Part shown: positions 28,403 to 37,467 of the stretch, piece after piece
Layout of the letters: each line of letters opens with the position of its first letter
Position numbering within the stretch: position 1 is the stretch's first letter
Virus record (IMG/VR): IMGVR_UViG_3300028833_003296
Span: 1-64,000 of that record
Reading direction: 5' to 3' (one strand)
DNA length: 64,000 nt
Origin: a virus
Taxonomy: Duplodnaviria > Caudoviricetes
Made by a program: the position numbers and the translations under genes
Notes under the pieces: generated by a model
Told to the model about the DNA's origin: nothing
The model's database searches: none
What the model saw: only the letters and a program-made list of their open reading frames with translations

Positions 28403-28465
28403 ATCATGTTGCAAATATAAACATTTTATATATTTCCTCCAAATTTAGAGGGTGAAAATTATCGT

Positions 28466-28508
28466 TTTCAGTCTAAATTTAATATTTAAATACAAATATC
28501 TGATGTTT
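28466..28508 (-). repeat. Cassette 5' flank R1, copy a
   Basis: 43-bp exact match to 29469-29511 (TTTCAGTCTAAATTTAATATTTAAATACAAATATCTGATGTTT). Confidence 0.9.
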
Positions 28509-28561
28509 TCACGGATGTTTTCTCGTCATAAAAAGCCAGAACATTTCTGCCCTGGCTTACC

Positions 28562-28634
28562 TAAAGTGATCTTTTTAAATGTATTGTGTAACTGGCTTAT
28601 CTATCAGGACACCAGCATCAATATCCTTTTTATA
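28562..28634 (-). repeat. Cassette 3' flank R2, copy b
   Basis: Reads ...IDRYKKDIDAGVLIDKPVTQYI* on the minus strand, followed by hairpin AAGCCAG/CTGGCTT at 28533-28558. Confidence 0.8.
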
Positions 28635-28673
28635 CCTATCAATGAATGTGCTAATCTTATTGATAGTTGTTTA

Positions 28674-29147
28674 TTATCTTCTTAGCTTTTGAGGATAATT
28701 TTCTTCACCATCATTATTTTCTTCCTTGTCTTTTAATCCATCCGAACCAAAGAACATGCCTACAATGGCAAAGAAAGACGAGAAACAAGAAATAGCGGCA
28801 AACCACGGATGGTCGAAGTAAAGTGCAAATGCGGTGAGAAAGATAAAAAGAGCAAGGGAAAGGAAGGCATACAACATCCCACGCCTATTGACCTCCCTGT
28901 CGTCTTTTTGCTGTTGCTCGATTATATCAAGCCGCCTCTCCATATCTTTATGGCGGTTCTCTTGTTCCTTTTTGGTAACGTCGATAAACATATCAACGAT
29001 GCGAGGGTCTATCCTTTGGTAATGTTCAAGTTCTTGGGGAGATGGCAGGGCACTGTCATCCACAGTAAGAGTTTGCTCAGTCTGCTTGCCCGTACCTTGA
29101 ACGGTGGAAACCAATGTCTCCCTTCGATTAATAGACTTCTTAGCCAT
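28674..29147 (-). CDS. DUF2335-like membrane protein
   Basis: LPSPQELEHY..I.P...D....EQ..RH motif followed by two TM helices. Confidence 0.75.
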   Translation of the reverse strand: MAKKSINRRETLVSTVQGTGKQTEQTLTVDDSALPSPQELEHYQRIDPRIVDMFIDVTKKEQENRHKDMERRLDIIEQQQKDDREVNRRGMLYAFLSLALFIFLTAFALYFDHPWFAAISCFSSFFAIVGMFFGSDGLKDKEENNDGEENYPQKLRR

Positions 29148-29379
29148 TTTCCGTTATCACCTTGTTAAATGCTTTTCTTGCGTCGTTTTTAATGAGAGTT
29201 TGGTCATTTCGTAAGTTTTCACCATCACTTTTTGGTGAAAACACCTGTTTTCGCATTTCCTTTATGTCTTCAGATCCGTTCTCATATCTACCATTAGCAG
29301 ACTTTCCTATCATAAAAAGGCCACGAGCTATGGTAAAAAACGATTCAGAGAAAAAACTCGCAATGTTAAACACAATCAA
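29140..29379 (-). CDS. Small hypothetical protein coupled to the DUF2335 gene
   Basis: ...SDGENLRNDQTLIKND.RKAF C-terminus, 8-nt overlap; own -7 box TATATTTG at 29404-29411. Confidence 0.65.
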   Translation of the reverse strand: MIVFNIASFFSESFFTIARGLFMIGKSANGRYENGSEDIKEMRKQVFSPKSDGENLRNDQTLIKNDARKAFNKVITENG

Positions 29380-29468
29380 TCACCTCCTTTCATTTTCGGA
29401 TTACAAATATAGAAATAAAATACGTATCTTCCAAATATTCTGACCATTAAAATTGTTTTTCGTTTAAA

Positions 29469-29511
29469 TTTCAGTCTAAATTTAATATTTAAATACAAAT
29501 ATCTGATGTTT
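29469..29511 (-). repeat. Cassette 5' flank R1, copy b
   Basis: Exact copy of 28466-28508. Confidence 0.9.
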
Positions 29512-29620
29512 ACCCGTCATTTTCGTGCGGTCATGAAAAGGAGAAAGGGCGCGGTGCATCGGCTTGCATCACGCCCAAACTTTACGGTGTGTCATCATTT
29601 TCGTGGGGTCACGAAAATGG

Positions 29621-30058
29621 TTACGGGTTCACGGCATCCTCACCGTCTTCTGCATCCTCGTCGGGGAAATAGATGTCAGCTTCGCGGATTTTCAAGTCCT
29701 TGTAGAGGTCAACGGCCTTGAAACGCTTGCCGAGGTAGAGGTTCATTCGGCATCCCACCACGTTGTCACGGGCATTGAAGTCGTCGGCAGTGTCGGCAGG
29801 CTTCGTCTTCAAGCCAATACTGAAGATACCAAGGTCGTCGATACGTACCGCCTTGCCTTCGAGAAGCAGTTCACGCAGACAGTTCTCCGTCTCGATGAGA
29901 ACACCGCGTATCAATGCCTCAGAGAATGCGCAGTGGTGGTTGGCCATGTGCTTAATGAACTCGTCGAACTCCATGAGCTCGTGGGTAGCGCGTGCGTACC
30001 ATTTTCCCTTGAAGTCGCTACCGTCGCGGTTGTCTTGTCTTACTTTGTAGTGAATCAT
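29621..30058 (-). CDS. HU-like (Bacteroidetes histone-like) DNA-binding protein
   Basis: GKWYARA...FIKHMA...VL......LLLEGKAVRIDDLGIFS motif. Confidence 0.85.
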   Translation of the reverse strand: MIHYKVRQDNRDGSDFKGKWYARATHELMEFDEFIKHMANHHCAFSEALIRGVLIETENCLRELLLEGKAVRIDDLGIFSIGLKTKPADTADDFNARDNVVGCRMNLYLGKRFKAVDLYKDLKIREADIYFPDEDAEDGEDAVNP

Positions 30059-30230
30059 TGTTTGTTGAGTGTTTAATGTTTAGTGTTTAGCGGGAGTTTC
30101 CCACCGATGCAAAGATACGCACCCTCACTGGCGCAAATACGAATGTATGCGGTTACGTGCGTTTATAATCGGGAAATTGTGGTAGTTTGCCGTTTTATTG
30201 TCTTACCTTTGCGGCCGCTTTAAGACACAC

Positions 30231-30449
30231 ATGATGACATTCAGAATTAAACCATACGGCAGAACGGAGCTGGCACAGCTCTACTGCCCTGACATCTTGC
30301 CTGAGTCGGCTTGGAAGAAGTTCCGCCGATGGATGGAGGTACACCCCACGCTCATGGGCGTAATGGAGAAGTCGGGCTACACCCATAGCCAACGCACCTT
30401 CACGTCGCTTCAGGTGAGCCAAATAGTGGCCGCCTTGGGCGAACCATAG
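30231..30449 (+). CDS. DUF4248-like small DNA-binding protein
   Basis: YGRTELAQLYCP...AWKKFRRW...RTFT..QV..IV..LGEP; divergent from the HU gene. Confidence 0.8.
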   Translation: MMTFRIKPYGRTELAQLYCPDILPESAWKKFRRWMEVHPTLMGVMEKSGYTHSQRTFTSLQVSQIVAALGEP

Positions 30450-30451
30450 TT

Positions 30452-30522
30452 TTTAACAAATTTTTTGGCTATATCTTTGGCGATTATATATACAATTTTC
30501 GGCAAAGATATATGCAATAATC
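30452..30522 (+). repeat. 71-bp exact direct repeat, copy 1
   Basis: Identical to 41855-41925; internal 10-bp IR TATATCTTTG / CAAAGATATA. Confidence 0.92.
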
Positions 30523-30976
30523 TGGGAATATACATTTGTAAAGAAAAAGTTTTTTTGTTTCCATCCCGTTTCCAAGCGGAAAACAGAGATGGAAATTTTC
30601 AGGCAATTTCGCAAAAATGTGCCGATGACAATAGGAAATTTGGCATTTTTGACGGGAAGGGAAGCGGAAACGATGGAAATTAAAAAACGAAAGGCCGTGT
30701 TTTGCAACGTTTTTGCACGGTGTATTTTTCTGAAATGGCCATAAACAAAGGGATTTTTGGATTTTGAGACCGAAAAATCCAAAAATCACTCGCGCAACAG
30801 CCCCCACTGCCCTACGCAGACAAAGGCAATTGCCTCTCTGACTTTAACGGAATATGTAAACATTAATTCCCGTGACGCTCAATTTCCCTGTGTGGAAATT
30901 GCCACGCCTCGTTTGCGGTGGCACGAAAAAAATTGCCAAGACGCAATGCCTTGGCAACGACGATGGTATGAGTGTA

Positions 30977-32599
30977 TCAATTCCCACCAAACGAAGAGAC
31001 GACGGCACCAGCCATGCGGAGTTGCAACTTGGGGAACTTCTCCACGCCGATGCAGAGGGTGTCGAAGGCATCGGAGCCGTCGGTGCGGTTCTCCAGCTTG
31101 TCTTCCTCTGTCTCTGCCAGCTTCTCGCCTCGCTTGTCTTTCTTACCCATATAGACACCAGCGGTCTGGATGGAGAGAAGGAGGTCGCGGTTGTTGTCCT
31201 TGTTGATGAGTACCTGGTGCGCTGCCCTGCCCTGCAACATGCGGTTGATGAGTGCCTGCTTCTCGATGTGCCCCATCTGGCGACCGATGCAGACATCATT
31301 GACGTACCAACCTTCACGCCTTAGCCCTGAGACGATGGTGGCGTGGAAGTCGTCGTTGTGCAATGCGTAGTTGTTGGAGATGAACGTGGTATCGTAATAG
31401 AAGATGACCTGCTTGAAGGCATAGTACATATAATAGTTGCAGAAGTCGTCAACCAGTTCGGGAATCTTGCGCTCATACTTCACGTAGAAACTCTTCACCA
31501 CGCGCAGTTTGTTGTCGTCGCCCACCTGACCTACCACGCACCAGTTGATATTGGCATTGGCATCGAAGGCGATGATGAGCGGCAGGCCGCAGTCAACGTC
31601 GGAGTCCATCCTGCAGTCTTCCTTCTGCAATCGCTCGAAGTCGTAATTGAGGTTGTCGAGGTGTGAGATGTTCGGTGCGGTGTAGAGGTTGATGGGACGG
31701 AGGGCACTGTAGAATCCATCCTTCGACATGGTGAGTCGCAGACCGAGGATGGAGGTGGCGAAGGTGAGGGCCGGCAGGTTGCGCTTCATGTCGTAGAAAT
31801 ACCGCTCACCCAGTATGGCAAGGTTCTCGATGCTGGAGTATTCCTTGTAGAGTGTCAGGTTGCCACGAAAGAAATTCAGTTCCTGGTTCAACCGCGACAG
31901 CTTGCGCTGGTAGTATTCCTCCCGTTCGGGGTGCTGCAGCAGCTGCTGCTTGGTCTTCCACACGGCATAGACAAGACCCTCCACCACGGAGAGAACGTCG
32001 GAGTCCATCTGCTGCTCGTAACCAAGGAACCACGAACCCGCCTTGGTGACGGGCATATCGCTTGTGATGGTCATGCCATGATGCAGGTAACACTTGGAGA
32101 AATACATCTCGTTGCCACGGTTAGCCTGAAACGTCTCGTTCTTCAGCTGCTCGAAGTCGATGAACTTTGCCTCGTCTATCATCAAGCCATCGAGCGACAT
32201 GGAGTTGCTGGTACCTACACGATCCTGAGAGATGAGCGTGATGTATGAGCCGTTGTAAAAAGAGATGATGTTGTCGTAGTTCTCTGGTTCCCAGATGGGC
32301 GGTGCCCAATGCCATGCCTTTGCCGGTCGGTGGCCAAGGCAATAGTGTTGGTCCTTGCGATAGCCCCAGCTGTTCAGGTGCATCAGAATAGACGGCAGGA
32401 TGTTGGTGAGACCGCGCTTCACGCTCGGTACCACGAAACCAAGCGAGCAACGAGGCATAGCCTGAAGGAACTGCAAGGCACGTGAAGCCTGTATCACTCC
32501 CTTGCCGATACCACGGCCACAAACCGCCACGAGCGTACGGGGAGACATCGACAGCAGGTAATACTGTGCGTCATTGAGGTATATCTTCTTCTTCTCCAT
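30977..32599 (-). CDS. terL: Terminase large subunit
   Basis: Walker A VCGRGIGKG, Walker B LMIDEAK, C-terminal nuclease IIAFDAN...DGSDAFD. Confidence 0.88.
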   Translation of the reverse strand: MEKKKIYLNDAQYYLLSMSPRTLVAVCGRGIGKGVIQASRALQFLQAMPRCSLGFVVPSVKRGLTNILPSILMHLNSWGYRKDQHYCLGHRPAKAWHWAPPIWEPENYDNIISFYNGSYITLISQDRVGTSNSMSLDGLMIDEAKFIDFEQLKNETFQANRGNEMYFSKCYLHHGMTITSDMPVTKAGSWFLGYEQQMDSDVLSVVEGLVYAVWKTKQQLLQHPEREEYYQRKLSRLNQELNFFRGNLTLYKEYSSIENLAILGERYFYDMKRNLPALTFATSILGLRLTMSKDGFYSALRPINLYTAPNISHLDNLNYDFERLQKEDCRMDSDVDCGLPLIIAFDANANINWCVVGQVGDDNKLRVVKSFYVKYERKIPELVDDFCNYYMYYAFKQVIFYYDTTFISNNYALHNDDFHATIVSGLRREGWYVNDVCIGRQMGHIEKQALINRMLQGRAAHQVLINKDNNRDLLLSIQTAGVYMGKKDKRGEKLAETEEDKLENRTDGSDAFDTLCIGVEKFPKLQLRMAGAVVSSFGGN

Positions 32600-33170
32600 C
32601 GTCCTTGATTTCTACGAATTCCGCATCCTGGATGTCTGCACCCAACTTTCGTTTCATGCGCTGTATCTTGCCGCGCAGGTCCTTGACGGGTGCGATGCCG
32701 ATAACCGTCGGGTCGTCGGTAGGTTCGATTTGGTGAGGGATGATATCGTCGTAGTCGAACGGTTGCTGGTCTATCTCTCCCACACGGTTGTACTTGGCAT
32801 AATCGGCGTTGGCTTTCTCGGCGGCACGGTTGTCATGGTCGCGCATGGCCTGTCGGTAAACCTCATCCGTGCGACGGTTGAACACGAAGCGATGCCACTC
32901 CTTGGTCTCCGCCTCGATGTTGCCGATGAGTATCTTGATGAGCCTGATGTCATCGTATGCCTCACGCTGCTTGATGTCGGGATGCATCGTCATGTCCTGC
33001 TGCACCATCTCTCGCGTGGTCTTCGAGGGGAAGTTGAGCCAGAACGTATAGAGGGCACGCAGTCGAAGCAAGCGCACTTGGATGTGTTGCGGCACGTTGC
33101 GCTCGTTCATGTCATCGACCGATGCAAACAGGTTGAGCTGGTAATCGTCTATCTTAGCTGGTAGGCTCAT
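32571..33170 (-). CDS. Terminase small subunit (putative)
   Basis: 199 aa directly upstream of and overlapping terL; DDPTVIGI.P motif. Confidence 0.6.
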   Translation of the reverse strand: MSLPAKIDDYQLNLFASVDDMNERNVPQHIQVRLLRLRALYTFWLNFPSKTTREMVQQDMTMHPDIKQREAYDDIRLIKILIGNIEAETKEWHRFVFNRRTDEVYRQAMRDHDNRAAEKANADYAKYNRVGEIDQQPFDYDDIIPHQIEPTDDPTVIGIAPVKDLRGKIQRMKRKLGADIQDAEFVEIKDDGEEEDIPQ

Positions 33171-33189
33171 GGGAATTGTGGGTTATGGG

Positions 33190-33327
33190 TTAGAGGTAAA
33201 CGTCGGCACGCCCGACTTGCGGGAGAATCCATCCCAACAAGCCGAGCGTGTGGATGCCAGTTCCGAGGTATGATTGCACGGGGCAATCACTCAGAGGCTT
33301 CAGCAGCTGCTGTATCTGATTGGTCAT
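33190..33327 (-). pseudogene. Truncated N-terminal fragment of a PLD-like phage protein
   Basis: MTNQIQQLLKPLSDCPVQSYLGTGIHTLGLLGWILPQVGRADVYL* resembles, from recall, the start of a larger Bacteroidales phage protein usually found before terS; it stops after 45 codons. Confidence 0.4.
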
Positions 33328-34222
33328 TGCTTTCCTCAGACGGAGACGTAGGCTGCTCTTCAGATGGCTCAAACACGATACCAAGGTCCAGGAGTGATGA
33401 GCGCATCTTGTCTGTCACCATATCGGCGGCAAGGAGGATGTTCACTCTTTCCTGCATACTCTCACGCAACTTGTTGGCTGCAGCGAATGCTTCAGCGGTA
33501 CCTTCCTTGGCGGCAGCTGACACGAGCGAAGCCAACTTTTCGGTGTTCTTGCTGATGTAGCTACGGGCGGAGAGGATGCTGCTGTTTGATTCGGTGTCTT
33601 TAGGGGATGCAGGTTCGGTAGGTGTTGCAGGTTTGGTAGGGGTGTTATCGAAGGCATCGTACTTCTCCATCTGCGACATGTAGCGTTTGTCCATCGACGC
33701 GAGAAGCTGCAGTTTGTCGTAGCGTTGGCACGACGGCAGGTCTTCCATCGACTTCAGTTCCTCGAATGTCGCCTTGATGTCCTTGTACAGTTTGCCGTTG
33801 TCTTCCCACAGCTGCTTGATTTCGTCGGGAAGTTGGTCGTGGTCTTGGCGACGGCCAAGGCGCAAAATGTTCGCTGGTTGCTCGGAGTCAACCGTTTCGG
33901 TACCATCCTCTGGCTGACCAGCGGAAAGAATCTTCTCTGCAGACGGAATCACTTCACGATCGAGACGGTTCACCTGTTCCAAGGTAAGGCCGTCGAGACG
34001 ATACTTCAGGTGTATCTTCAATTCATACTCAATCTTTCCGACGATGCTTTTCGGTCGCTGTACCGCCAACTGGAGGTAACGGCGATAGGCCACGTTGCGC
34101 GGATTGATGCGGAAAAGGAGCTGTGCGCCATCGGCAATGTCATCATTCGACTTCTGCTCGATGTTCAGCCAGTCCTGAATCTGCTTCGTAAATTTGGGGT
34201 CTACTTTCATGTTTTCAATCAT
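33287..34222 (-). CDS. Conserved hypothetical phage head-region protein
   Basis: Long ORF with GA.LL..IN.R, GRR.DHD.LP.EI..LW and PSCQRYD motifs. Confidence 0.65.
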   Translation of the reverse strand: MIENMKVDPKFTKQIQDWLNIEQKSNDDIADGAQLLFRINPRNVAYRRYLQLAVQRPKSIVGKIEYELKIHLKYRLDGLTLEQVNRLDREVIPSAEKILSAGQPEDGTETVDSEQPANILRLGRRQDHDQLPDEIKQLWEDNGKLYKDIKATFEELKSMEDLPSCQRYDKLQLLASMDKRYMSQMEKYDAFDNTPTKPATPTEPASPKDTESNSSILSARSYISKNTEKLASLVSAAAKEGTAEAFAAANKLRESMQERVNILLAADMVTDKMRSSLLDLGIVFEPSEEQPTSPSEESNDQSDTAAAEASE

Positions 34223-34306
34223 TTTAAAAAGGGCAGGCATACGTTTAAGCAGCCTGCCCTCCAACCTAAAATATAAAATTATGACTATCTATCATTTTCC
34301 TGTTGC

Positions 34307-34915
34307 TCAGTTTCCTTGCTGTTGCGTCTTCAGCGTATCGGTTGCACCGTCGATGGTTCCACCTTCGGTGACGATATCGCCAGGATAGAAAGGAGTGGCT
34401 GCCATGTCTTCACAACTCACCTCGATGGTGGTAGTGTTGGCATCGTTGCTGCCCTTTCCCCATGCCTGAGACGGATTGACGGAGACGTTGAATGCTTCAC
34501 TACCGAAGACGCGCACTTGACCGTCGCGCTGTGGAACGAGGATGATCACGTCATCGTTGTTCAGTTCGGTAATCAATCCCGTTACCTTCTTGGCGGTACC
34601 GGGGAGAACGAGAGAGATGGAGTTGTTGAAGTGGAAACTTCCGTAGCTGCCCGCTTGCTCACTCTTTGGTTCGCTTTCGCTGGGAACGAGGTCAACCTTA
34701 TGCCATTTGGCATCAGCTGCCAACCCGAAGTTGCCTTCATAGACGGCTACGTGGTCAAGGTCGGTGGCACCGTTGCGTGGCAATGTTGGCCAAGTTGCGA
34801 TTTCCTTGCGGCGGATGAAATAGAAGTGGTCGCGCACTCCAGGCAGGGAAACCTCGCCTGGGCAGAACTCCACGTCTTCGTAGAGGTTATTGGTATTGGT
34901 GCATGTAGTTGCCAT
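34307..34915 (-). CDS. Probable major tail (tube) protein
   Basis: 202-aa beta-rich ORF following the capsid gene, C.G..SLPGVR motif. Confidence 0.5.
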   Translation of the reverse strand: MATTCTNTNNLYEDVEFCPGEVSLPGVRDHFYFIRRKEIATWPTLPRNGATDLDHVAVYEGNFGLAADAKWHKVDLVPSESEPKSEQAGSYGSFHFNNSISLVLPGTAKKVTGLITELNNDDVIILVPQRDGQVRVFGSEAFNVSVNPSQAWGKGSNDANTTTIEVSCEDMAATPFYPGDIVTEGGTIDGATDTLKTQQQGN

Positions 34916-34950
34916 AGTTACATTCCTTGTCTAATGTTATACATGTTACA

Positions 34951-35904
34951 TTACTGAGCGAGCTTCGCAACGAAGAGACGTTCCTTGCTGATTGACTCGA
35001 ATTCGCAACCGAAGAAGGCTGTCATGATGAACTGCAGTACGAATGCGCTGTGCTTCTCAACGGCAACCGTTTCCTCCTCACCTGTCTGGTTGACACCAAC
35101 AAGCATGTTCTGCTTGGTTGAGAGGTGAATGAATTGGGAGTTGGCCTTGTTGGACAATGCCACAATCTCACACTTGTTTTCAGAGCCTTCGAGGAAGGTT
35201 TGGTTAAACTCCTTGTTGTAGGCGATGGCACCAGTGGTGGCCTTGTAGTCGTCGTTGTAAGCATCGAGGATGCTGGGAGCAACGAAGAGTTTCGTCTTTC
35301 CATCAGTCAAGAGAGGATTAGCGGCACGATAGATGCTCTTCAGCACGTCAACGGCATTGTTTGCCGTGATTTCTTCAGTGAGCTGCAGGAAGTTTCCTTT
35401 TGCTGCAGCAATGTTGGTAGCTGCTATCTCGGTCGCCGTAATGGTGTCGAAACCGTTGAAGAGGTCAACCGTTCCCGTGCCGTTGGCATTGCGCACGGCA
35501 TCCCACATGTGGCGATACAGTCCGTCACCAACTTTCTTGGCAATGAAGTTCAACACCTCACGGGCGATATCCACGTTCTTCAGGCCTTCGCCCTTGGTGA
35601 TGGAATTGCCGTAGATGCTGCTGTAAACCTTGTTGGGAGAGAAGTTCTTCACCAAGCTACCGAAATAGGTATAGAGGGTACGACCTGCAATGGCGATGTC
35701 GCTGTCATCCACGCGAGTTTCGCTGTATGGTCCGAGTTCCGCAACGCCCGAAAGTTCTCCTACCGTCTCGCTGTAGCGAATGCCAGTGCGGAGAGAGACG
35801 TGCTGCAAGAACTTGCCAAGGGCGAAGACTGGCATCATGAGTATCTCTTTGCGATACTTAGCTGCACTCGTTGAGAGTGCCTGGGGAGTGATGTTTACGT
35901 TCAT
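34951..35904 (-). CDS. Major capsid protein
   Basis: 317 aa immediately after the ClpP-type protease; DLFNGFDTI motif. Confidence 0.75.
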   Translation of the reverse strand: MNVNITPQALSTSAAKYRKEILMMPVFALGKFLQHVSLRTGIRYSETVGELSGVAELGPYSETRVDDSDIAIAGRTLYTYFGSLVKNFSPNKVYSSIYGNSITKGEGLKNVDIAREVLNFIAKKVGDGLYRHMWDAVRNANGTGTVDLFNGFDTITATEIAATNIAAAKGNFLQLTEEITANNAVDVLKSIYRAANPLLTDGKTKLFVAPSILDAYNDDYKATTGAIAYNKEFNQTFLEGSENKCEIVALSNKANSQFIHLSTKQNMLVGVNQTGEEETVAVEKHSAFVLQFIMTAFFGCEFESISKERLFVAKLAQ

Positions 35905-35909
35905 AGTTC

Positions 35910-36989
35910 TTAGAGATTCTTAATTCTGTTGAAACTTTTACGAGCTTCCTCCAGGAAGTCGTATTCTTCATGCTCTTCACTGCCAGACGGCTTGCCATCG
36001 GTATTGTCGCCAGGAGCACCCTTCAGGTTCTTGATGGTCTCGTTGGCCGTAGCGAGGTCATCCTGTGCCTTCTTGAGCTTTGCGTTGGCATCGTCGAGTT
36101 TCTTCTGCAAGGCATCCTTTGCCTCGCGCTCATCCTTTACCTCCTGCTCAAGTGCGCCCAATCGGTCATCGATGGTCTTCATCTGGTCTTGAGTCAACGA
36201 GATGCTGCCATCGTCGTTGGGCTTAAAACCGTCGGTAACGGCAAGGAGTGCCATTACGCTCATAAAGATTTTGATCATTGGTTTATCGTTTACTGCGGGG
36301 TCGTTATGGAACATGGACTTAATCGCATCCACCGACTTTCGGAAAAGCGACTTAGTTGGATCTGCGCCTTCCACGGGGACAGGCGGGAGTCCGTACTCCT
36401 TGAATATGTTATTTGAAAAGTTTCGCGCGTTCTTCTTGATGCTTTCATCGTCACGGATGGAGTCGATGAGTCCGAAGTCGAGTGCGTCCTGAGGACTGAG
36501 CCACGCTGCCGTGTCCATTTTCTTCATGCACTCTTCCATGGTCTTTCCCGACTTCTTGGCATAGAGCGACGCAATCACCTTGTCAATGGTGTCGAGGTCG
36601 TTGCGTTCCTTCTTGTATTTCTCGATGATGCGGTCAAGTTCTTGCTTGTTGGCACTCTGCCACTCCATCACTGCCGTACTGCAATTATGGATGAGCATCA
36701 GCGAACCGTCAACCATATCCACCGTCATGGCTCCCATGGTGAGGAAGGTTGCAGCCGATGCCGTCATGCCCAGGATGTGCATGTGCACCTTGCCGTGGTC
36801 CCTTACGAGCTGGTAAATCTCCAAGCCTGCATCGACGTAGCCGCCAGGACTGCTCACTGCAACGTGCACCTCTTCGTCCTTGTGGGCAGAGAGGAAGTCG
36901 CGCACGTCCTTGACGGTGGTACCGCGTTGGCCGGTCCACCAGTCATAACCCATGCCAATTGTGCCTGTTATTACGAATTGATATTCCAT
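35910..36989 (-). CDS. ClpP-like prohead protease with C-terminal scaffold coiled coil
   Basis: SSPGGYV, GMTASAAT (catalytic Ser), MLIHN (His), WLSPQDALDFGLID. Confidence 0.88.
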   Translation of the reverse strand: MEYQFVITGTIGMGYDWWTGQRGTTVKDVRDFLSAHKDEEVHVAVSSPGGYVDAGLEIYQLVRDHGKVHMHILGMTASAATFLTMGAMTVDMVDGSLMLIHNCSTAVMEWQSANKQELDRIIEKYKKERNDLDTIDKVIASLYAKKSGKTMEECMKKMDTAAWLSPQDALDFGLIDSIRDDESIKKNARNFSNNIFKEYGLPPVPVEGADPTKSLFRKSVDAIKSMFHNDPAVNDKPMIKIFMSVMALLAVTDGFKPNDDGSISLTQDQMKTIDDRLGALEQEVKDEREAKDALQKKLDDANAKLKKAQDDLATANETIKNLKGAPGDNTDGKPSGSEEHEEYDFLEEARKSFNRIKNL

Positions 36990-37047
36990 GTGCGACTAAG
37001 AAATATTGATTTATTGCAAAGGTAAACGAGGAAATTTTTTGCTAAAA

Positions 37048-37467
37048 CTACACGAAACCCTTGATTATAGGGCATATTTGCGGTGAAGAATAGGCAACTG
37101 ACACCTCCGTCAACTGCGATTCTGAAGAATCTTTCGGGTGTACGCGCTGCTGGGTGACGATGGGATAAGGCCGTTCGTCGGTACCGATGAGATAGTAAAC
37201 GCCGTCGATGGATCGACAGAGAAACACCAGACGGTCAGGGTTGGGCATCCACTCCACACAGGTTTGAAACGTGAGTTTGGCGGAGTAAATGCGGTTTCCG
37301 TTCTCGATTTTGTCGGAAATCACAAGTTGTGCGGGTCGTTTGATGTGCTCCACGGGCGTAAAGGTGACATCCTTGCTAATCACGGCCTCGGTCTCGCTCG
37401 TGCGACGGAAGCCTGTAATGAGTTGCGAGGGAACGGATGAGATGGAAATGATGTTGTTGAGTATCAT
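37048..37467 (-). CDS. Hypothetical phage protein
   Basis: ORF from MILNNI; G.YYLIGT..RPYP motif. Confidence 0.55.
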   Translation of the reverse strand: MILNNIISISSVPSQLITGFRRTSETEAVISKDVTFTPVEHIKRPAQLVISDKIENGNRIYSAKLTFQTCVEWMPNPDRLVFLCRSIDGVYYLIGTDERPYPIVTQQRVHPKDSSESQLTEVSVAYSSPQICPIIKGFV

